Shown here: positions 57,015-64,000 of the stretch, piece by piece
How the letters are laid out: every line of letters starts with the position of its first letter
Position numbering within the stretch: the first letter of the stretch is position 1
Origin: an uncultured Acidobacteriota bacterium
GTDB lineage: Bacteria; Actinomycetota; Acidimicrobiia; Spongiisociales; ZC4RG35
Length of the DNA stretch: 64,000 bases
Direction of reading: 5' to 3'
Assembly (NCBI GenBank): GCA_963725075.1
Contig: CAVRXA010000019.1
Coordinates: 5,825 to 69,824 of the forward strand
Made by a program: the position numbers and the translations under genes
The notes under the pieces: model-generated
Seen by the model: the letters and a program-made list of their open reading frames with translations, nothing else
What the model was told of the DNA's origin: nothing
Databases searched by the model: none

Positions 57015-58430
57015 TTGCCTGTGGCCACCGTTGACCTGGATCTCGGCGCCTACCAGCTCGGCTGGCGGGACGAAATCGAGTATGCCTTCACGCCGCGGAA
57101 GGGTCTCGATGAAGACGTGATCCGAGAGATGTCGGCCATGAAGAAGGAGCCCGAGTGGATGCTCGATTTCCGTCTCAAGGCCTACCAGCGGTTCCTGCGC
57201 AAGCCGATGCCCCAATGGGGCGGTGGCGGGGCCCTGAACACGATCGACTTCGACGACATCTACTACTACGTGAAGCCGGCGGGTGAGCAGCAGAAAGACT
57301 GGGACATGGTCCCCGAGTCGATCAAGGCCACCTACGAGAAGCTGGGCATCCCCGCAGCCGAGCGGAAGTACCTGGCCGGAGTCACGGCGCAATATGAGTC
57401 CGAGGTCGTCTACCACCGAAATCGGGAAGACCTGGAGAAGCTCGGCGTCCTGTTCACCGACATGGACACCGCCCTTCGCGATTACCCCGAGATCGTCAAG
57501 GAGTACTTCGGGACCATCATCCCGCCCAACGACAACAAGTTCGCTGCCCTCAACTCGGCGGTCTGGTCCGGTGGCTCGTTCATCTACGTCCCGCCCGGAG
57601 TCCACGTCGACCAGCCGCTTCAGGCCTACTTCCGGATCAACTCCGAGAACATGGGCCAGTTCGAGCGGACGCTGATCATCGTCGACGAAGGCGCCTACGT
57701 TCACTACGTCGAGGGCTGTTCCGCCCCGGTCTACACCACCGACTCACTTCATTCGGCCGTGGTCGAGATCGTGGTCAAGGAGGGTGCCCGCTGCCGCTAC
57801 ACCACGATCCAGAACTGGTCCAACAACGTGTTCAACCTGGTGACCAAGCGTGCCGCCGCCTACCGAAATGCCACCATGGAGTGGGTGGACGGCAACCTGG
57901 GGTCCCGTCTCACGATGAAGTACCCGGCTGTGTGGCTGATGGAACCGGGCGCCCATGGCGAGGTCCTCTCCATCGCCTTCGCCGGCGAGGGACAGCACCA
58001 GGACGCCGGGGCCAAGATCATCCATGTTGCCCCCGACACCACCTCCACCATCGTCTCCAAGTCGATCTCGAAGGGCGGCGGGCGGGCCGGCTACCGGGGT
58101 CTGGTGCGGGTCGAGCCGGGCGCGGAGAACGCCAAGTCATTCGTGCGCTGTGACGCCCTGATCCTCGACGAGGAGAGTCGCTCCGACACCTACCCGTACA
58201 TGGAGATCGAGGAGAACGACGCCGAGATCGGCCACGAGGCCACCGTGTCCAAGGTCGGTGAGGAGCAGCTCTTCTACCTGATGTCCCGGGGACTGACCGA
58301 GGACCAGGCGACTTCGATGATCGTGGCCGGGTTCATCGAGCCCATCGTGAAGGAGCTTCCGATGGAATACGCGGTGGAGATGAACCGTCTCATCGAGCTC
58401 AACATGACGGAGGCAGGTGCAATCGGCTGA
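57015..58430 (+). CDS. sufB: Fe-S cluster assembly protein SufB
   Basis: 471 aa SufB/SufD beta-helix family with a SufB-type sequence. The start may be the GTG at 57021, 7 nt after a GAGGTG ribosome-binding site. Confidence 0.8.
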   Translation: MPVATVDLDLGAYQLGWRDEIEYAFTPRKGLDEDVIREMSAMKKEPEWMLDFRLKAYQRFLRKPMPQWGGGGALNTIDFDDIYYYVKPAGEQQKDWDMVPESIKATYEKLGIPAAERKYLAGVTAQYESEVVYHRNREDLEKLGVLFTDMDTALRDYPEIVKEYFGTIIPPNDNKFAALNSAVWSGGSFIYVPPGVHVDQPLQAYFRINSENMGQFERTLIIVDEGAYVHYVEGCSAPVYTTDSLHSAVVEIVVKEGARCRYTTIQNWSNNVFNLVTKRAAAYRNATMEWVDGNLGSRLTMKYPAVWLMEPGAHGEVLSIAFAGEGQHQDAGAKIIHVAPDTTSTIVSKSISKGGGRAGYRGLVRVEPGAENAKSFVRCDALILDEESRSDTYPYMEIEENDAEIGHEATVSKVGEEQLFYLMSRGLTEDQATSMIVAGFIEPIVKELPMEYAVEMNRLIELNMTEAGAIG

Positions 58431-58457
58431 CGCCGATTGCGTTCTACGTCTTACGTT

Positions 58458-58829
58458 CTACGTTTTGCCGCGGCGGGCGTCCAATTTCTGGATCAGCTCG
58501 TGGGCGGCCAATTCGATCTCCTTGTGATCCCATTGTGTTGCCCGGAAACGGCACGCCATCAGCCCGCTCCGATGGAGACGGTGCAGGTCACCGAAGACGA
58601 AGGCATAGCGGGCCTTGGTCTCGTCCGGAGCACCGTCCGTCAACCCGAGATGCCACATCGAGTAGGCCTCCCAGTCGTTGCGCTCGACGAAGTCGTTCTC
58701 AGACGCGGCACTCGGCTGGACCTCGGACCATTCGCTGCGCACCACGTATCGACGCGCCTCGATCAACTCTTCGGCCTTGGCCACCGCGGCTTCGTTGACG
58801 AGGTACTTGGGCATGGCTTCCGCCAGCAC
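58458..58829 (-). CDS. Hypothetical protein of 123 aa
   Basis: ORF with plausible composition and no motif recognised. Confidence 0.4.
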   Translation of the reverse strand: MLAEAMPKYLVNEAAVAKAEELIEARRYVVRSEWSEVQPSAASENDFVERNDWEAYSMWHLGLTDGAPDETKARYAFVFGDLHRLHRSGLMACRFRATQWDHKEIELAAHELIQKLDARRGKT

Positions 58830-58929
58830 CTACCACCACGGCAAGAGCCACAAACCACGCGACACCACGTCAGACTTATCCTTGTGCGAACCGTGAGCCC
58901 GGAGCCAATCCATTAGTACCTACCTCGGG

Positions 58930-60225
58930 TTGGGCGCGGTCGTCCTGCTCATCCTGCTCACCGGGTTCTTCGTAGCCGCGGAGTTCGCCCTTGTCGCCGT
59001 TGACCGCAGCAACGTGCAGCGAAAGGCGGATGATGGTGATCGCTCGGCGCGGCGCATCCTCGCCTCATTGCGCAACCTCTCCTTCGAGCTCTCCGGGGCG
59101 CAACTGGGGATCACGGTGACATCGCTGATCCTCGGCGCCATTGCCGAGCCGACGGTGGCAACGCTGATCCAACCGTGGATCTCCTCGCTTCCCTTCGTCA
59201 CCGAGACGGCCGCTCCTGCCGTGTCGTTGGTCATCGCCTTCATCCTGGCCACGGGGGCGGCCATGGTGTTTGGTGAGTTGGTGCCGAAGAACCTGGCCAT
59301 TGCCAGGCCCTATTTCACCGGGGTTTGGTTCGCCATACCGCTCCAAGTGGTGAACAGGGTGCTCCGGCAACTGATCGTCTTCCTCAACGAGTCGGCGAAC
59401 TGGACGGTCCGAAAGCTGGGCATCGAGCCCAGGGAGGACCTGGCCGGTGTTCGCTCTATGGAAGAGCTCGAGCTGATGATCCGATCGTCGGGTGAGGAGG
59501 GTCGCCTCGACGACGACGAGATGGAGTTGTTGACCCGGGCCATCACCTTCACCGAGAAGGTCGCCGGGGACGCCATGGTTCCCAGGGTCTCGGTCGTCGG
59601 GCTCAGCCGCCACGACTCGGTCGCCGAGCTGCGCAGGGCGTCCGCTGCGACCGGTCACTCGAGATTCCCGGTCTTCGACGAGGACCTCGATGACATCGTC
59701 GGCGTCGTGCACGTGAAGGACAGCTTCAACGTGCCCGAGTCGAGGATTCCGCTCACCCCGGTTGGGGAGCTGACCAATCCGGCGCTCCAGGTCCCCGAGA
59801 CGAGCACACTCGAATATCTGCTCACCCAACTCCAGTCAGCAGGGCGGGGGATGGCTGTGGTCGTCGACGAGTACGGAGGGACTGCCGGCATCGTCACCAT
59901 CGAGGACCTCCTCGAAGAGATCTTCGGCGAGATCGAAGACGAGTACGACGCCGAGCCAGTCGCCGAATCCGAGAAGGAAGAGGTCGAGGTTCTCTCCGGG
60001 CTCCTCCACCGTCACGAAGTCGAAGAGCTGATCGAGTTCGAGTGGCCCGAGGGCCGTTATGAGACCCTGGGCGGGTTCCTGGTCGCCGAACTCGGACGCT
60101 TCCCCCATGCCGGCGAAGTGATCCGGGTCGGGGAGACGTCATTCGAGGTTCTGTCGATGGACGGGCACCGGGTCGATCAGGTGCGCGTCACCCGGTCCAG
60201 CGATCGGGAAGGGGACGACCGGTGA
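58930..60225 (+). CDS. CNNM/CorC-family hemolysin-like protein (DUF21, CBS pair, CorC_HlyC)
   Basis: N-terminal DUF21 TM domain (FFVAAEFALV), a CBS pair and a C-terminal CorC/HlyC transporter-associated domain. Confidence 0.8.
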   Translation: MGAVVLLILLTGFFVAAEFALVAVDRSNVQRKADDGDRSARRILASLRNLSFELSGAQLGITVTSLILGAIAEPTVATLIQPWISSLPFVTETAAPAVSLVIAFILATGAAMVFGELVPKNLAIARPYFTGVWFAIPLQVVNRVLRQLIVFLNESANWTVRKLGIEPREDLAGVRSMEELELMIRSSGEEGRLDDDEMELLTRAITFTEKVAGDAMVPRVSVVGLSRHDSVAELRRASAATGHSRFPVFDEDLDDIVGVVHVKDSFNVPESRIPLTPVGELTNPALQVPETSTLEYLLTQLQSAGRGMAVVVDEYGGTAGIVTIEDLLEEIFGEIEDEYDAEPVAESEKEEVEVLSGLLHRHEVEELIEFEWPEGRYETLGGFLVAELGRFPHAGEVIRVGETSFEVLSMDGHRVDQVRVTRSSDREGDDR

Positions 60226-61523
60226 ACTGGCCCGCCTTCCTCTGGCTGGTCCTACTCCTCCTTGCCAACGGATTCTTCGTCGCTGCCGAGTTCGCCTACA
60301 TCACGGCCCGGCGCAATGTCCTGGAACAGGTACCCCGGAGGTCGGCCCAGATCGCTGTCGGCCTGAACAAGAACCTCACCCTCAGTCTGGCCGCGGCCCA
60401 ACTCGGCATCACAATGGCCTCATTGCTGCTGGGCGCGGTGGCCGAGCCCGCCGTTGCCTCGATCTTCGAATTGGGGCTCGGGTTTCTCCCGCTCTCGGAG
60501 AACGTGATTCACGGCATCTCCTTGGTCATCGCCCTCCTCATCGTCGTGTTCCTGCACATGGTGGTGGGCGAGATGGCGCCGAAGAACATCACCATCTCAG
60601 CCCCAGAGCGAACGGCCGTGCTGCTCGCGATGCCTTTCCGCGGCTTCATCCTCATCTTCAGACCCCTGATCGGCCTCCTCAATGCCAGCGCCAACGGAGT
60701 CCTCCGTCTCTTCGGGGTGAGACCGACGGACGCCCTCGAAGTCGGCCACTCGGCGGAAGACCTGGCCGTGATAATCGGCACTGGTCGGAAGGAAGGGGTC
60801 ATCGAGGACTTCGCCCATCGATTGCTCACCGGGGCCATCATCTTTGGGGATCTCGACGCGTCCGAGGTGATGGTCCCCAGACCGGACATCGTGGCCGCCC
60901 CCTCGGAGACGCCGGTTTCCGGGATCCAGGAGTTGATGAGAGTCACCGGTCATTCCCGTATCCCCATCTATGACGGCGATCTCGACGACGTCGCCGGCTT
61001 GATCCATGTCAAGGACCTGATGACCGACGAGATCGACCGTGACGCGGCGCTGCCCACCGAACGACTCAGGGAGCCCCTGGTCGTCCCGGAGACCGCTCCG
61101 CTTCGATCCGTCCTCGATGAGATGCGACAGGCCCGATCCCATCTCGCCGTCGTGGTCGACGAGCACGGCAGCACGGCAGGCATCATCACGATGGAGGACA
61201 TCGCCGAGGAATTGGTCGGTGAGATCGCCGACGAGCACGATCCACGGCAGGAGCTGGTGTCGGTGGAGCCGAACGGGCGGATCGTTGCTGCGGGCACCAT
61301 GCGCCCCGATGAGTTGACCAGGTACGGCGTGAAGCTGCCTTCGGGTGACTACGAGACGATCGGGGGACTCGTCATGGAGCGTCTCGGGCGCTTGCCGCGT
61401 CGTGGCGATGTGATCGAGGACCAGGGATGGAGGCTGCGTGTCCGCAGCACCGAGGGGCGGCGGGTCGGGGAAGTCGAGATAACCGCTACGGACGACGAAG
61501 ATCCGGACCCGGGGAGTGGCTAG
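60222..61523 (+). CDS. CNNM/CorC-family hemolysin-like protein, paralog of the preceding gene
   Basis: Same architecture. The GTG start overlaps the upstream TGA. Confidence 0.8.
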   Translation: MNWPAFLWLVLLLLANGFFVAAEFAYITARRNVLEQVPRRSAQIAVGLNKNLTLSLAAAQLGITMASLLLGAVAEPAVASIFELGLGFLPLSENVIHGISLVIALLIVVFLHMVVGEMAPKNITISAPERTAVLLAMPFRGFILIFRPLIGLLNASANGVLRLFGVRPTDALEVGHSAEDLAVIIGTGRKEGVIEDFAHRLLTGAIIFGDLDASEVMVPRPDIVAAPSETPVSGIQELMRVTGHSRIPIYDGDLDDVAGLIHVKDLMTDEIDRDAALPTERLREPLVVPETAPLRSVLDEMRQARSHLAVVVDEHGSTAGIITMEDIAEELVGEIADEHDPRQELVSVEPNGRIVAAGTMRPDELTRYGVKLPSGDYETIGGLVMERLGRLPRRGDVIEDQGWRLRVRSTEGRRVGEVEITATDDEDPDPGSG

Positions 61524-61783
61524 CTGGAGCGGCCGACGACGTAGCCGAGGAGCAGACCACCGGCGGCGGCCCACACGAGCGAGAACCCGTCTCCCACGGA
61601 GGCTATCGCCGGGACACCGGCGATCTTCATGATGGCGGACGCGGCGATGCCCCCGATGATCCCGATGAGGATTGCACCGAGGAGATTGCTGGCGTTGGCG
61701 ACGAACCCGGCAACGAGCCCCGCCACGCCGCCTACGGCGCCGGCAATGGCAAGCGCCTGCCAGGTGGAGGCGTCTAGGAACAC
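61520..61783 (-). CDS. GlsB/YeaQ/YmgE family stress-response membrane protein
   Basis: 87 aa with Gly-rich TM helices: GAILIGIIGGIAASAIM. Confidence 0.6.
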   Translation of the reverse strand: MFLDASTWQALAIAGAVGGVAGLVAGFVANASNLLGAILIGIIGGIAASAIMKIAGVPAIASVGDGFSLVWAAAGGLLLGYVVGRSS

Positions 61784-61829
61784 GGCGACTCACCTGCTTC
61801 TCGAGGAGCCGATGAAGCCGTCGACAGTC

Positions 61830-62012
61830 TCAGGCTGAGACGACCTTCTCCTCGACGACGACCTTCATGGGGAACTGGACCGAGCGTCCTGCCATGCTGA
61901 ATGGCTCGGTCAGCATCACCACGATGGTCGCTGGCCCACGTGAGACCACGTGGCCTGTGTACGTGTGGAATCCGTCTTGATCTTGGGTTATGAAAGTTAC
62001 GACCATTAGCAA
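61830..62012 (-). CDS. Small hypothetical protein (60 aa), possibly DUF1918-like
   Basis: Short ORF on the edge of a lower-GC stretch. Confidence 0.3.
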   Translation of the reverse strand: MLMVVTFITQDQDGFHTYTGHVVSRGPATIVVMLTEPFSMAGRSVQFPMKVVVEEKVVSA

Positions 62013-62140
62013 AGTATCCGACTCACATCATCGTCATTCCGTTTCACTATCAGTTGGGTCGCTGGACCCATACTGGTATCGAGCAACGGTGACTCTTGGT
62101 TTATCAGTTCGTTACCCACGGCCCCTTAGCTTGGTGAATA

Positions 62141-62815
62141 GTGCGCCTTTTAGTAGTTGAAGACGAGCCGGATCTGGCCAATGCGATCGCCAGAGGTCTT
62201 CGACGCGACGGTCATGCCGTCGACACGGCGTTGACCGCCTCCGACGCCGATATGAAGCTTCGCACTGCCACGTACGACCTCGTTTGCCTGGACTGGAGCC
62301 TGCCCGACGGCTCGGGCATCACTCTCTGCCGCCGGCTGGTGAGTGGTGAGCTGCCAACGCTCGAGGGCGAGAGGCCCCGGATCCTCATGCTCACCGCACG
62401 TGACGGCGTCGAGGACCGGGTGACCGGTCTCGACTCCGGAGCCGACGACTACCTGGTGAAGCCCTTCGCATTCGCCGAGCTGTCGGCACGGGTGCGGGCA
62501 CTGCTACGGAGAGACGATGGCACCGACCCGGTTCTGGAGGTCGGCCCATTGCGTCTCGATCCCGCCCGTTTCGAAGCGTCGAGGGATGGCGAACCCCTCG
62601 ATCTCACTGCCAAGGAGTTCTCGCTTCTCCACTACTTCATGTCCCACGCCGGTCTCGTGCTCAGCCAGGAGCACCTCCTCGAGCACGTATGGGACGAGAT
62701 GGCAGACCCGATGACCAACGTGGTCCGAGTCACGGTGAGCAACTTGCGGAAGAAGCTCGGTGACCCGCCGCTGATTTCGACCGTGCCGGGACGCGGCTAC
62801 AGGCTGAGTGAGTGA
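62141..62815 (+). CDS. OmpR-family two-component response regulator
   Basis: A receiver domain (LLVVEDEPD...D...K) and a winged-helix output domain (LTAKEFSLLHYFMSH...GYRL). Confidence 0.9.
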   Translation: MRLLVVEDEPDLANAIARGLRRDGHAVDTALTASDADMKLRTATYDLVCLDWSLPDGSGITLCRRLVSGELPTLEGERPRILMLTARDGVEDRVTGLDSGADDYLVKPFAFAELSARVRALLRRDDGTDPVLEVGPLRLDPARFEASRDGEPLDLTAKEFSLLHYFMSHAGLVLSQEHLLEHVWDEMADPMTNVVRVTVSNLRKKLGDPPLISTVPGRGYRLSE

Positions 62816-63966
62816 TGCAGGCCTGGAACTCGATCCGCTTTCGTCTCTCGGTGCAGTATTCGGCCATCGTCTTTGGCCTGGGAGGCGCTCTGCTGGGCCT
62901 GGTTTACATGGCCCTCAGGAACTGGCTGCGGGCCCAGACCATGACCCAGTACGTCTGGTCGGGCCGCCCCGTCATCCAGGACGGCGTCCAAATCGGAGTG
63001 CTCCCCAGTCTCGCTGCCCGCGAGGTGCGGATGATCGAGTCGGTCTACAACGAGATCGTCCTCAACGAGGTCGCCAAGGCGACGATCCTCGCCCTGGTCG
63101 CCTTGTTCCTGCTGAGCATCGTCGTCGGCTGGGTGATGTCGGGTCGGGTTCTCAGACCGGTGAAGGAGATCACCAACGTGGCCAGAGAGATCCAGGCTTC
63201 CGATCTGAGCCGGCGCATCGCCCTCGAAGGCCCCGACGACGAGATCACCCGGCTTGCCGACACCTTCGACGGGATGCTCGAGAGACTCGACCGCGCATTC
63301 GCCAGCCAGCGGCGGTTCCTCGCCGACACGAGTCATGATCTCCGTACTCCACTCGCCGTGATTCGTTCCAATGTCGAAGTGGTGGCCGATGACGATGCGG
63401 CGACCGTGACCGACTGGCAGGAGGTGGGAGGGATCGTCCGACGCAACACCGAGAAGATGTCCGAGATGATCGATGGCCTTCTCGCCACTGCCCGGCTCCA
63501 GACCGGCAAGGCGCAGGCGGTCGCGCTCGATCTCGCCGAGATCGTGCGTGCCAAGTCCTCCGAATACGGGAAGCCGCTGGCGGAGAAGGGGATCGTCCTC
63601 GAGAGCACCGTGTCTCCCGCTTTGGTCGAAGGTGTCCCCGTCGCACTCGACCGAGCCCTGACCAACCTCCTCGACAACTCCATCGGTGCGTCGGGCACCG
63701 GATCGCGGATCAGAATCGGGGCCGGAGTGGTGGGCGAATGGGCCTGGATGGCGGTGTCCGACCAAGGCCCGGGGCTGCCCGAGGAGCCCGAGGGCGGGCG
63801 TATCGGCCTCGGGCTCTCCATCGTGGAGCAGATCGCAGAGGGCCACGAGGGCACCCTCGTCTCGGCGACCGGCCCCGACGGTGTCGGCACGACGATGACC
63901 ATTTGGATCCCGAAGGGCGACGTCACAGATTCTCCACCGGATTTCACGCCATTTACAGGTGCTTGA
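62815..63966 (+). CDS. Sensor histidine kinase (two TM segments, HAMP, HisKA, HATPase_c)
   Basis: H-box SHDLRTPLAVI, and N/G boxes LLDNSIGA...GLGLSIV. The start overlaps the response-regulator stop as TGATG. Confidence 0.85.
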   Translation: MQAWNSIRFRLSVQYSAIVFGLGGALLGLVYMALRNWLRAQTMTQYVWSGRPVIQDGVQIGVLPSLAAREVRMIESVYNEIVLNEVAKATILALVALFLLSIVVGWVMSGRVLRPVKEITNVAREIQASDLSRRIALEGPDDEITRLADTFDGMLERLDRAFASQRRFLADTSHDLRTPLAVIRSNVEVVADDDAATVTDWQEVGGIVRRNTEKMSEMIDGLLATARLQTGKAQAVALDLAEIVRAKSSEYGKPLAEKGIVLESTVSPALVEGVPVALDRALTNLLDNSIGASGTGSRIRIGAGVVGEWAWMAVSDQGPGLPEEPEGGRIGLGLSIVEQIAEGHEGTLVSATGPDGVGTTMTIWIPKGDVTDSPPDFTPFTGA

Positions 63967-64000
63967 TCTCCCGGGTCCTAGGTTCGGTGTCAGGAGGTTT

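Noticed and set aside
1-64000. CRISPR arrays, transposases or IS elements
   Set aside because: No regularly spaced repeats and no transposase-like ORFs were found anywhere in the window.

Overview
This window is high-GC (about 68 %) bacterial DNA with the gene content of an Actinomycetota chromosome: WhiB regulator, Bpa-like proteasome activator, F420 cofC/fbiD, menaquinone genes, Tad/Flp pilus and a gltX–tRNA-Glu arrangement. It is densely coding on both strands and mostly housekeeping.

Content from left to right:
- sdhC-sdhA-sdhB succinate dehydrogenase operon (sdhB runs off the left edge).
- A divergent whiB with a recognisable promoter and operator palindrome.
- An ABC-2 exporter operon with a NEW3-domain surface protein.
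- The conserved circularly-permuted ATP-grasp / alpha-E / transglutaminase triad.
- A complete Gram-positive-type Tad/Flp pilus locus: cpaB, tadZ, tadA, tadB, tadC, flp and three tadE/G pseudopilins. The flp pilin is absent from the ORF track and was found by hand.
- tRNA-Gln and tRNA-Glu followed by an HNH endonuclease.
- H+-pyrophosphatase, a tandem histidine phosphatase, RNase HI, and a cofC(fbiD) gene coupled to a glycerate kinase.
- ilvE, gltX plus tRNA-Glu, dsbB, murA with a SpoIID/LytB partner, NifU-like and MeaB-like genes, ppdK.
- A DUF222/HNH (REP13E12-like) element inserted at the 3' end of a Rieske-FAD oxidoreductase gene.
- menA, menB, menE, a sigma-70 factor, arfB, ino1, a lone sufB, two CNNM/CorC paralogs and an OmpR/histidine-kinase pair.

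The most striking global observation is that at least 12 conserved genes are split by frameshifts, each with clear family homology continuing in the adjacent frame. These include sdhA (twice), tadA, ilvE, murA, menB, a CocE hydrolase, the Rieske-FAD oxidoreductase, the NEW3 protein and both HNH genes. This most likely reflects consensus indel errors in the assembly, but it could also be genuine gene decay; it should be checked against reads.

No CRISPR array, transposase or integrase was seen.
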